From the NCBI GenBank assembly GCA_050123155.1, contig JASFHP010000007.1:32032-96031 (forward strand): a DNA stretch of 64,000 bases. Reading direction: 5' to 3'. Of the stretch, positions 46,568 to 55,731 are shown in pieces. Source of the DNA: Candidatus Bathyarchaeota archaeon (lineage in GTDB: Archaea; Thermoproteota; Bathyarchaeia; Bathyarchaeales; Bathyarchaeaceae). The translations under genes and the position numbers were made by a program. The first letter of the stretch is position 1, and each line of letters opens with the position of its first letter. Under the pieces are notes generated by a model. It did not search any database, had not been told where the DNA came from, and was given only the letters and a program-made list of their open reading frames with translations.

Positions 46568-49249
46568 ATGAATCCATACCAAAATAGTGTGATGCTGATA
46601 GGGTTAGGTTCAGCAGGAACTAACATCGTAGAAGCTTTCATGAATCACAGAAAAACTAAGGAACTACTGAAGAGCGATATTACGCGAATTTCTCTTATGG
46701 CAGTTGACATAGCTGATCCAGAAATCAGGAAATTACAAGAAAGCACTGTGAAAATGACAGATGTTATGAAGAAGCATGGGATTCCAAGAGAAAGAATGAG
46801 GATAAATGCTCAATCAATAAAGTTTCCAACTGCCGAAGCAATGTTCGACTTCATCGACAAGAAATACAATGAGTATCTTCTGAGTGAAGGAGCCAAACTC
46901 AAAAACTTCAATCCATGGCTCCGCTCAACAAGAGCCATACCTCCCTTAGCTGGAGGCGCAGGCAGAAGAAGAGCACTAGCAAAGGCAGTATACGTTTTGA
47001 ACTACTACCAGCTTGGCATAATGAGAGGCTTAATAAATTCATTTAAAGAACAGGCTCTCTCATCGATAATCACTCCAACCGTCGTCTTGATATATGGATT
47101 AGGGGGAGGCACTGGAAGTGGACTATTCTGTGAGTTCACTAGACATCTAAGAAAAGTCTTGGGATCCAGTGTACCGATTATAGCTTTTGTAATCGCTCCA
47201 TGTGGCGGGGATGACCCGCCAGCAAAGGGAACCTCAGCCTTTACGGCTATGAACGAATTATCTCTATTGCTGAATAGAGATTACAATGAGTATATCAGCA
47301 AGTCGTATGGCGACATCTACCAAAACCCATTGAATGCCCTTGTTTGGTTGCCATTAAGACCTGCATACACAAATGTAGGCAACATCGTCACTGCCCGAAG
47401 AGACATGGATGAAATGATCGTTGATATGCTCTATGTTTTGATGGATTTCGATTTGGCTGACCTTTTGGGAGGAATAGGAACTGAGGTTGGACTCACAGAC
47501 AATTTCGTCCATACGTTAGGTATGCTCAAGATAATGTATTCGGTGGACGATTACATATTAGCCTTTAAGATATATTTCGAAAAACTTCAAGCATTATACG
47601 CGTTTAGAAAAGAGAAGCTTGAGATTTTTAAGGGAATCGAAAACATCATCAAAGTAAACCACGACATAACAAGGGAACTCTACAAGAAGTACCTGATAAA
47701 GTCGGGCACCTACGCTGAAGAGGAGTTTGACGAAAAAGTCAAGTCTATTATTTACGGAAATCCAATGCTTGAAGAAGACTATGAACTACATGTTAAATGT
47801 ATAGCGGAACAAGCAAAAAATTGGCTAAGCGATCTAATGAAGTTTCTATCAACCATCAGACTGAATACAGGCTGCGGACCACTAGAGCGGAAAATAACAA
47901 AATTGGTGCTCAGAAAAAAGAAATCCAGAAAAAAGGACAACCTAGAAACGTTGCTCACAGATCTTGCAAAAATACACCTCGACTTCTCTGCAAAGAAAGC
48001 TGCCATCTTTGAGCGCTTGAAGCAACTAATTCCCGGCTCACAAGTCTTCACCGTAAGGCAAAAGAAACTTTTAGAGGATTTAATGAATCTAACGGATCTT
48101 GTTGAAAACTCTCTCAAGATTCTCAAATTCTATGATGAAACTAGGATCTTTACTGAAGAAGTAATCAAATATTACGAGGGACTCCCAGACTCTGAGTCTG
48201 AATTGAAAGATTTGAAGAATATTCGAGCACAATTAGCAACTCTCTATTTAGTTGTCCAGTTAATGCTTAGAACACCATCCGATGAAGCAAAGATGATCGA
48301 TGATCACCTCAGCTACATAAATGAAGTCATGAACAAGATGATGGATAAACGTGGATCTATCGATAATGATCTTCTCATAGTACAGGAGGAAAAGCAGAGA
48401 AAAGAATTCGACAAATCAAAAATGGAGAAGCAGTTACGCAAGTTCTTAGGTTCAAAAAGATACGCCAGAGAACAGGTTAGAATGTATGAACGTGATCTAA
48501 CAAGAATATCGGAAGAAGAGGCTTACACCCTTGAAGAGCTTGAAAATCTTGAAAGTAACATCAAATTGTATGATCAGCTGGCTAAAAACCTTGAACTCAC
48601 TTCCGAATATCGTAAAAGATTGAACAAGATTGTTGATTTGTCTAAAGAATATGAAGAAATGCTCTCGCAGATAGTTGAACCCAAGAAATATTTTGAAAGA
48701 TCAACCGAACTCACTGAAGCAGAGCAAACGAAGATAATCTTCAAAATACTAGCCGAACAAGAAGACACGCTCTCCAGAGATGTAATAGTGAAAGAAATCA
48801 TTGACATGGAACACTTTACCGATTACATGAAGAGTATCATACGAGTTTTCAAAACACCAAGCATCATGGGATATAACCCAACCTATAAATCCGATTACAT
48901 TTGGGTAACTGTGGAGACCCCTCCGAAGCTATGGAATGAAGACCTAACACAAGAGCTGTACACTTCACTTGCAGGATACGTTACCAGCGAGGTGTCACGA
49001 ACAATAACTGTACGCGTAATCAATGCTCGGGACCCATGGACAACTCGAATCCTAGTTGTAGGTGGTAGAGGAAAGCCAGAAGACCTTGAAGCATTTGATG
49101 AAATGCAGCTCCTGTATAGTAAAGCTAACGATTTTGAGAAGAATTTCTCTCGTTCCTATCTCCTTGAGCATGGAGTTTCAGCAAAACAACTCGTTGACGA
49201 GATACGAAATAACAATCAGGAGAAGAAACAAAGCACCAGCGAGGATTAG
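46568..49249 (+). CDS. Tubulin/FtsZ-superfamily GTPase with a large coiled-coil insertion (FtsZ-like)
   Basis: LIGLGSAGTN, GAGRRR, GGGTGSG (47102..47122), T7-like DFDLAD (47444..47461), long E/K-rich helical region. Confidence 0.85.
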   Translation: MNPYQNSVMLIGLGSAGTNIVEAFMNHRKTKELLKSDITRISLMAVDIADPEIRKLQESTVKMTDVMKKHGIPRERMRINAQSIKFPTAEAMFDFIDKKYNEYLLSEGAKLKNFNPWLRSTRAIPPLAGGAGRRRALAKAVYVLNYYQLGIMRGLINSFKEQALSSIITPTVVLIYGLGGGTGSGLFCEFTRHLRKVLGSSVPIIAFVIAPCGGDDPPAKGTSAFTAMNELSLLLNRDYNEYISKSYGDIYQNPLNALVWLPLRPAYTNVGNIVTARRDMDEMIVDMLYVLMDFDLADLLGGIGTEVGLTDNFVHTLGMLKIMYSVDDYILAFKIYFEKLQALYAFRKEKLEIFKGIENIIKVNHDITRELYKKYLIKSGTYAEEEFDEKVKSIIYGNPMLEEDYELHVKCIAEQAKNWLSDLMKFLSTIRLNTGCGPLERKITKLVLRKKKSRKKDNLETLLTDLAKIHLDFSAKKAAIFERLKQLIPGSQVFTVRQKKLLEDLMNLTDLVENSLKILKFYDETRIFTEEVIKYYEGLPDSESELKDLKNIRAQLATLYLVVQLMLRTPSDEAKMIDDHLSYINEVMNKMMDKRGSIDNDLLIVQEEKQRKEFDKSKMEKQLRKFLGSKRYAREQVRMYERDLTRISEEEAYTLEELENLESNIKLYDQLAKNLELTSEYRKRLNKIVDLSKEYEEMLSQIVEPKKYFERSTELTEAEQTKIIFKILAEQEDTLSRDVIVKEIIDMEHFTDYMKSIIRVFKTPSIMGYNPTYKSDYIWVTVETPPKLWNEDLTQELYTSLAGYVTSEVSRTITVRVINARDPWTTRILVVGGRGKPEDLEAFDEMQLLYSKANDFEKNFSRSYLLEHGVSAKQLVDEIRNNNQEKKQSTSED

Positions 49250-49253
49250 CCCC

Positions 49254-50471
49254 TTAATCTTCTACTAAACTCTTAACGATTACTTGCCATTCTTCCGCAT
49301 TTATGAAGCCACGATCTATTGCGTCACCTTTTATCGCGTCTATATCTTTTTCCATCGAGGTGAACATCTCAGTTACATCGAAGCCTCCCACAAACATAAC
49401 AACATCTATTCTGTCACTGGTATCTTCTACGTATATGGGATCACTGAAGTAGATAGATTTGAGGCTGGCTTTGTCCTTAAACCAATTGACTATTGACAAC
49501 TCAATTTTTTCCCTTGGAAGTTTGGTCTTCAAGTGAGACGGAATGCGAAGGAGAACATAGAGCACCGATGCACTTGACAGGTCAAATGTTAAAAGAGGTC
49601 TGAGTAATGCGGCGGCGAGTACATTTTCTACTGAGCCATAAATTCTGAGGCTAGCCCCTGTGGCGGATAGAACCGTAAAAAGTTTGACACTGAAAGACCT
49701 CGACAATTCAGAGAGTTCCTGAACAAGTGTTTCTTTTGCCAAAAGTAACTCTAGCAGATAATTGAGGAACATGGTGCCCGTCATCTTGGTGCCTTTTCTG
49801 TTGGTTCCCACGTAATTTTCAAGATTTTCCCTGTTCATGAGTAAAACTGGTGTAGAATCCGTAGAGACGCTTATTCCAATGGACGAAAAGGCGTTAAAGT
49901 GAACATCTGGTGGCTGTAGTTTTGATGGCAAAACTGCTAATGATACCGAATTTATGTTCAATAGTTTCAACTGTGAACTTAATGAGGGCAATAGAGCACT
50001 GCCAACACCCTCCCATATAGAGGACACAATAATTGCTTGATGTACACTGTTTATGGGTTTGTTTTTTAGGCGAGCGATAAATGCGTCATTTTTTATGATG
50101 TTAGGGTAAACATGAAACCAAAAATATGTGTCAAGTTTTGTGTCTAGACCTAGAATGTTATATGGCTCAAGACGGGATTGGCTCCATTTTCTTATGTCCT
50201 TGCTTGATTTACCAACAAAGATGGGTAAAGCATCATCAGTTTTTTCTATGAAAGATCCTTTTAGAAGAATCTGGATGGGGTATTCACCGATACATATGAT
50301 GGCTTGCGAAGGGAACCATGGTTTTATTTGGTCAATGTGTTTTCTAATGCTCTCAACAACATCAAAATGATGCTGGTCTCTGCCAATAAGCAATTGGTCG
50401 ATGTGTTTTCCGATGCTTTCCATAACATCAAAATGGTGCTCACTGACCTCCATGAATACCCTCCACGACAA
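49254..50471 (-). CDS. Degenerate tubulin/FtsZ-like protein (putative pseudo-GTPase)
   Basis: IICIGEYP where IGxGGxG is expected; SSIWEGVGSA where GGGTGSG is expected; strand/helix order compatible with the fold. Confidence 0.55.
   Translation of the reverse strand: MSWRVFMEVSEHHFDVMESIGKHIDQLLIGRDQHHFDVVESIRKHIDQIKPWFPSQAIICIGEYPIQILLKGSFIEKTDDALPIFVGKSSKDIRKWSQSRLEPYNILGLDTKLDTYFWFHVYPNIIKNDAFIARLKNKPINSVHQAIIVSSIWEGVGSALLPSLSSQLKLLNINSVSLAVLPSKLQPPDVHFNAFSSIGISVSTDSTPVLLMNRENLENYVGTNRKGTKMTGTMFLNYLLELLLAKETLVQELSELSRSFSVKLFTVLSATGASLRIYGSVENVLAAALLRPLLTFDLSSASVLYVLLRIPSHLKTKLPREKIELSIVNWFKDKASLKSIYFSDPIYVEDTSDRIDVVMFVGGFDVTEMFTSMEKDIDAIKGDAIDRGFINAEEWQVIVKSLVED
50328..50440 (-). repeat. 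66-bp-period tandem duplication encoding HHFDVxESIxKHIDQ twice
   Basis: Copies at 50328..50374 and 50394..50440. Confidence 0.85.
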
Positions 50472-50516
50472 GCTTTAAGAACGGTTAAGCAAATTAAAGC
50501 TTTACATTGATTTGCC

Positions 50517-52934
50517 TTGAAATCTCTACGTGATTTGCCCATTTTTCATCTGCGAGAGTGGTACAGAACAAGAAAGCAACGAAAAAAAGAAGAGACGGAA
50601 CGTGCGCTTAAACAGAAATCGCTTAGGATATTGACGTTTGTAGTAACGCTAGTTGGCATGATGTTGGGGCTATCCTTGATCCCAATTTTTCCGCAGCCCT
50701 TACCACTGTTAATATCCTTTCTGATAGCTTTTGCTGCATTCATGAACCATGTGCGTAGTGGTATGACGGTGGGGTGCCTAATCCTTGGATTGGCAGTGGT
50801 ATACCACATGTCGCGGAATAATATTATATCGCAGATGAGTACGATGCCTTTAGCTCGTCTGGCCGTGATTGTTGCCATTCCAGCAGTGTTTTTCATCCTC
50901 CCGGCAATATTTCATCGCTATGAAGACGCTATCGCCATTAATCTAGGTATTATCGCAGCAACCCTTCTTTTCTTCAGTGAAGCCTATTATCTTGCCATAC
51001 CTTTAATCTTGGTTGTAGCGGCACTCTATAAAAAGACTAAATTGGGTCTCACTGTTTCATACTATGCCCTAATTTCATTACCACTTCAAATAATGTACTA
51101 TTTGAATTATGTTCTTGGTCTAAGTAATCCAGAATGGTGGGAAGACCCTGCTGCTGACCCATTTCTTTATGTTCCACTCACAGGGATTCTGAAAGGTATC
51201 CAAGAATCAATGAATCAACTCAGAATACTTGAGATAAACAAAATTCTGGAAACTATAGCAGGAGAGATCACATTCACAGCTCAGGACCACATATCGCAGA
51301 CTACGCAGATGGTTGTAAACAGATATTTCGATTCTCTTCCGGGCATAATTCTCTTTTTGGTCATAGTAGTTGGACTTGTTTCGGCTACTGCTTTATTAAC
51401 ACGAATGCTAGTAACGGAGGGTCATGCGACAAATTCGAAGTTGATCCTCCCCGCTTTAACATCGGCTAGCGCTACTGGGTTATTCTTTCTCTTCCTAATT
51501 GGTCTTCAAGAACCATTAGCTTTTAGGGCGCAAGTTGATCTTCTACAGATTTTAATCGGAGTTTCTGCAACTAGTTTAGTAACGGTAATTGCATCTTTGG
51601 TCAATTATGCGCCTAAGACAAGTTCAGAAATCGAAAAGCGCTCAAAAATGATAATTGAAAAGGCGCAAGAACTGTTGCAAGTGCGCCTACAAGTTATTGA
51701 ATGGTCACTGAACAAAGTGAAGAGCAGCATTTCCTTAGATGTTAGTTCTATTGAGGGAAGAACGTTGATAGTCAAAAGCAAACTTGATAATATTATCAGC
51801 AACGTTCAGGCCGAGTTATATGACCTATCTGAATTAAACGAGAAATTCGATGAAGTAGATAAGGACCTGAGAAATGAGATTGACAAACTAATGTCTGACC
51901 TAGAAGACTCAGTGGCACAATATCAAATATTCGTTTACAGTGAATACTCGTCATGGGTACGAAAACTTGAGGAAATTGGTTTAGCAGTTGGAACCACCGT
52001 AAAAACAGATTTTCAAAAAGAATTACCTCTGGAAATGAGGTTAGAGCTCATTAGGGAGATATTGGAATCAGGAAGGGCTCTTACCACCAAAGTCATACAG
52101 GTCGCCGAACAAAGTTATGACATTATCAGGTCCTTATACGATCCAAATCTTCCTGAGAAAAGCCTAGCCGTAACATTCGCTAAGAAAAAACTTGACGAAA
52201 CCACAGTTTCATGGACTGCTTTGAAAGCTCTTTTTGCTGCACTCCATAATTGGCAGAGGCAATACAGTGCCGAGATTTCCAAGTCTATGCACCGTCTTCA
52301 GAAATCACTGAATTCAATAGCTAATCTAAGCACTCAAAGTGAAAGATTGTTACCCGTCCTAGGCGATAATTTTCCGAAATTAATGGATCTCGTGAAAAGA
52401 GCTGAAGATGCCAGAGTTTACATGAAAAAAAAGACTCTGAACGTCATGAACATTCTAATCGTAAGAGAAGTACTCCAATCTTCATTAACAATTGCTAGAG
52501 ACGTATTTTTGATTGTTCAAGAAGAGTTAACGAGTAATGAGAAAGCAATCGAAAGTCTGCTACTCACGAAAGACTATTCATGGGAGAAAAACGTTGAGTG
52601 GAGGAAACAAATAACATCTGAAATGGAGATGGTAGTTAGCTCATCAAAGTATGGGCTGAGTAAAGTGATGGAAAATCTGCCCAAATCCCTATCCTATCTA
52701 GATGAGCTTGTGGATTCAATAGTGGCATACAATGAGAAAAAGGAAATTTTACTAAATTATCCGCTAGCAGAAATGGCCATTGAAGAGTTACTTAGGCAAA
52801 AGAAGCAGGTTTATGCCCAAGACCTACCATTCAACCTCAAGTATGCAGAAGAATATCTTAAACTGTTCTACAGCCAAAACTACCTCGAGTTTTCTTTTGA
52901 CAGAGAAAACAGGTCTCTCATGAAGAAAGCCTGA
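50517..52934 (+). CDS. Polytopic membrane protein (about 10 TM) with a ~440-aa C-terminal helical/coiled-coil domain
   Basis: Hydrophobic segments across roughly residues 35-360, then a charged helical tail. Confidence 0.8.
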   Translation: MKSLRDLPIFHLREWYRTRKQRKKEETERALKQKSLRILTFVVTLVGMMLGLSLIPIFPQPLPLLISFLIAFAAFMNHVRSGMTVGCLILGLAVVYHMSRNNIISQMSTMPLARLAVIVAIPAVFFILPAIFHRYEDAIAINLGIIAATLLFFSEAYYLAIPLILVVAALYKKTKLGLTVSYYALISLPLQIMYYLNYVLGLSNPEWWEDPAADPFLYVPLTGILKGIQESMNQLRILEINKILETIAGEITFTAQDHISQTTQMVVNRYFDSLPGIILFLVIVVGLVSATALLTRMLVTEGHATNSKLILPALTSASATGLFFLFLIGLQEPLAFRAQVDLLQILIGVSATSLVTVIASLVNYAPKTSSEIEKRSKMIIEKAQELLQVRLQVIEWSLNKVKSSISLDVSSIEGRTLIVKSKLDNIISNVQAELYDLSELNEKFDEVDKDLRNEIDKLMSDLEDSVAQYQIFVYSEYSSWVRKLEEIGLAVGTTVKTDFQKELPLEMRLELIREILESGRALTTKVIQVAEQSYDIIRSLYDPNLPEKSLAVTFAKKKLDETTVSWTALKALFAALHNWQRQYSAEISKSMHRLQKSLNSIANLSTQSERLLPVLGDNFPKLMDLVKRAEDARVYMKKKTLNVMNILIVREVLQSSLTIARDVFLIVQEELTSNEKAIESLLLTKDYSWEKNVEWRKQITSEMEMVVSSSKYGLSKVMENLPKSLSYLDELVDSIVAYNEKKEILLNYPLAEMAIEELLRQKKQVYAQDLPFNLKYAEEYLKLFYSQNYLEFSFDRENRSLMKKA

Positions 52935-53036
52935 AGGTGGCTTTCACACCCATCTACAGTTGACACAAAAATTGTGGAATCGTTCGTGTGCACTTTATTA
53001 AAGCTTATATCAAGTGAGGTTCAGTAGCTAGTTATC

Positions 53037-53972
53037 ATGAAAGCCGTGAAGCAGCAGACCGAAACAGAATTTTCAGAATCTGCCGTGAAAGCCTATCTAA
53101 TAGGTCTAGGTAGCGGTACGTTAGAGTTTATTGATGATACCATAAAGTTTCACGTAGAGAAAGGGCGCCTCAGAAAGCGGAAGAAACTTGTCAGAGAAAT
53201 ACCAATGGCTGACATAGAGGGAATGGACCTAGTTGGAAAAGAAATAAGCATTACCTGGAAAGGAACCACTGACATATTTGTTATAGAAGAGACGGAATCA
53301 GCTGAAACAATATTTAAGAGGATACCTAAGCCTTTTAGAGAACAAAAACAGGTGTTTGAAGATAAAGAAGTTGCAAAACAAAAAAGACACGAAATCAGTA
53401 GGACAGTTAGCATAACTATAGATATAGCTGATTCATTATTTGACATACTCAGAAGTTTACACGGATGGGTTGACTGGGATCGCGTTGAGGGTTTCTTGAA
53501 GAGTTCTGAGAAAAACGCGGCGAAACTAACCGATCAAAAGATGAAAACAATAGAATTGGATTTCACGAAGCTTTCATTAGCTATAAAGGAACACTTCCCA
53601 GAAGAAACCTCGAAAGAAGCCTATAATCTTTTGAAGTCGTTACATGGTTATTTTGATGGATTAGATTCAGAGAATGAGTTTCTTAAAGAAATTCATCCAA
53701 ACTATTACGATGCAAAAGCGACAATTCAAGCGCATTATCTGTTAAACGACATTGTATTAGGTACGCTAGTGGAAGATGAAGAAATTGGTAAAGAGCATAA
53801 CGAGCTTCTGATTACGCTAGAAGCCTTGTCAAAGGGAACAGGCTTAAAAATTAATATTGACGCCATCAAGAATGTTATCGCCAAATTAGGTGTCGATAAA
53901 GAAAAGGAAAAAGTTGTTAAGGAAAGTAGAGCGGTTTTCAGAAAGCAACTTGAAGATTTGACAAAAACCTGA
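53037..53972 (+). CDS. Protein with a PH-like N-terminal beta domain and helical C-terminus
   Basis: GTLEFIDDTIKF...REIPMADIEGMD...ISITW strand pattern typical of PH/GRAM-like folds. Confidence 0.55.
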   Translation: MKAVKQQTETEFSESAVKAYLIGLGSGTLEFIDDTIKFHVEKGRLRKRKKLVREIPMADIEGMDLVGKEISITWKGTTDIFVIEETESAETIFKRIPKPFREQKQVFEDKEVAKQKRHEISRTVSITIDIADSLFDILRSLHGWVDWDRVEGFLKSSEKNAAKLTDQKMKTIELDFTKLSLAIKEHFPEETSKEAYNLLKSLHGYFDGLDSENEFLKEIHPNYYDAKATIQAHYLLNDIVLGTLVEDEEIGKEHNELLITLEALSKGTGLKINIDAIKNVIAKLGVDKEKEKVVKESRAVFRKQLEDLTKT

Positions 53973-54046
53973 GTTTTGGATAACTTCACAACATCCAAAA
54001 AACGTTAAGGATATGGCTGTTTTCGTCCAGAAGACAATCAGAGTTT

Positions 54047-55339
54047 CTATTTTAGGTTGCTGAGTTTTGCTATTGCAAGCGGAACAAGCATCTCTTTTTC
54101 AGTTAGTCCTCCGTGGTGACCGAGCAGGTTAAATCTTATACCCTTAATGTGTTCAAACCAAACTGTCTCGTTTCTGTACGGCAGAATCAACAGGTTCCCC
54201 ACCCTATCAGAAAATTCACTTCTCACCTCTCCCAACCCAAACAAACCAGCTTTTATCGTCTCTTCAGTTTCAACAATCTTTGCCTTGTCCCCAATCTTCT
54301 GTGCTAGCAACTCTTTTGTCTCCCGCAACTTTTCCTCTCTAACATGAAGAAAAACGTCTCGGGGACTTCCAGTAGGCAAAATCCGCTTCCCACCCCTGCC
54401 ACACCGCAGATTCTTCACCACCTGCGGAAACTCGTTCAGATATGTCGTATCTTGGGGGACAACGCGCACGCCGCCATGATCCGAAGTCATCAACAACAAC
54501 GTCTCCTTTGCGGTTTGCTGGTCAATTTTTTCTACCAACTCTTTCTGCAACAGATAAGATATCACTGACAATTCTGTGCTGTACTCGTAGCTTTGCGGTC
54601 CATATTCATGAGCTATCGTGTCCAGATTGCTCAAATGCACAAAAAAATAGGCTGGCCCCTTCTCCTTCTCCAACGTCTTCCGCAAATTCACAACCAGATC
54701 TGACGACTTAAAGTTCGGCACAATTGTACTTCCATCAAAGATCACTTTCGAATAGGCGCTGTAAGTGTGCCTGACGTAGATGTGCACAAACGTCTTGACG
54801 CCCGCCTCTCTCAACGTATTCTGAATGGTGCCTCCTTTAAACAGAAGCTTCGGATCGAAACCCCTATCCACAAGCTCATTTCGACGCTTGTACCCCAGCG
54901 GCTCAAAACTTAAAGTGCTGACTATCCGGTCAACCTCCTTGAGATAAAGATAATACTCAAAAAGCCCATGCTCCTGGGGAGTCAAACCCGTATTCAACGT
55001 TGTAAGGGCATTAGTGGTCTGCGAAGGAAAAACACTGGTCACCGGAAACACCCCGCCCTTCTCAGCAAGATTAACTAAAAACCTGTTATCTCCACAGAAA
55101 CGCAAAAACTGATTATACCCAAAACCGTCCAAAACAAAAAGCACAACCTTATCCACCCCATCAACCTCCACACCAACCTCAACTGGAAGCCGCCTCTCAC
55201 TCTCAACACCAAACAACCCCAACACTGTTCCCGGAATGTTCGAGATACATTTCCCTTCATAACACGGAAAAACAAAATCGCCATCACCGCCCTGCCTTCT
55301 ACCCGAACCACCAGCTTCTTCATGTATCATAAAAACCAC
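54047..55339 (-). CDS. Alkaline phosphatase superfamily / nucleotide pyrophosphatase-phosphodiesterase
   Basis: FVLDGFG, VFPSQT, LDTIAHEYG, TSDHGG, GHHGG. Confidence 0.88.
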   Translation of the reverse strand: MVFMIHEEAGGSGRRQGGDGDFVFPCYEGKCISNIPGTVLGLFGVESERRLPVEVGVEVDGVDKVVLFVLDGFGYNQFLRFCGDNRFLVNLAEKGGVFPVTSVFPSQTTNALTTLNTGLTPQEHGLFEYYLYLKEVDRIVSTLSFEPLGYKRRNELVDRGFDPKLLFKGGTIQNTLREAGVKTFVHIYVRHTYSAYSKVIFDGSTIVPNFKSSDLVVNLRKTLEKEKGPAYFFVHLSNLDTIAHEYGPQSYEYSTELSVISYLLQKELVEKIDQQTAKETLLLMTSDHGGVRVVPQDTTYLNEFPQVVKNLRCGRGGKRILPTGSPRDVFLHVREEKLRETKELLAQKIGDKAKIVETEETIKAGLFGLGEVRSEFSDRVGNLLILPYRNETVWFEHIKGIRFNLLGHHGGLTEKEMLVPLAIAKLSNLK

Positions 55340-55598
55340 TAAGATTTGCGAAAAAATGGAGTAATGTCCGTACTATAAAAGACCTTCTCAACCTAACACA
55401 CACCAACAACAAGAAAAAAATGGCATTCATCACATCAGGAGACCAATAGAGGTTCACTGTTGAAAACAGCCTGCAACCGAATCAGAATTTATTTTTCTGG
55501 TAAATTTGATATACCTTCTAAGGGATTCATAAATTCTGCGGATGGATAATCCATCCATATATTTAAATATCGCCACAACAATTACCTAATTCTCCTGT

Positions 55599-55715
55599 GT
55601 TGCGTCAAAACCGCCGTCTGGAATTGAGCGTGAATACAACCGCCCGAATTGGCCTAACCATCCGGTAAGGTGGTTGTATTTTCACGCCAAGAGATGCTCT
55701 TTCAGAGGGTGCAGC
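55599..55715 (+). ncRNA. Candidate structured ncRNA (strand uncertain)
   Basis: Closing stem 55599..55606/55708..55715; long hairpin 55624..55690; small hairpin 55697..55707; TTTAAATA at 55562. Confidence 0.45.
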
Positions 55716-55731
55716 TATTTGAGGTTTTGTC

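Noticed and set aside
55690-55715. Hammerhead ribozyme core (CTGAAAGAG...GAAA on the minus strand)
   Set aside because: Does not match CUGAnGA, and the three-stem geometry is absent
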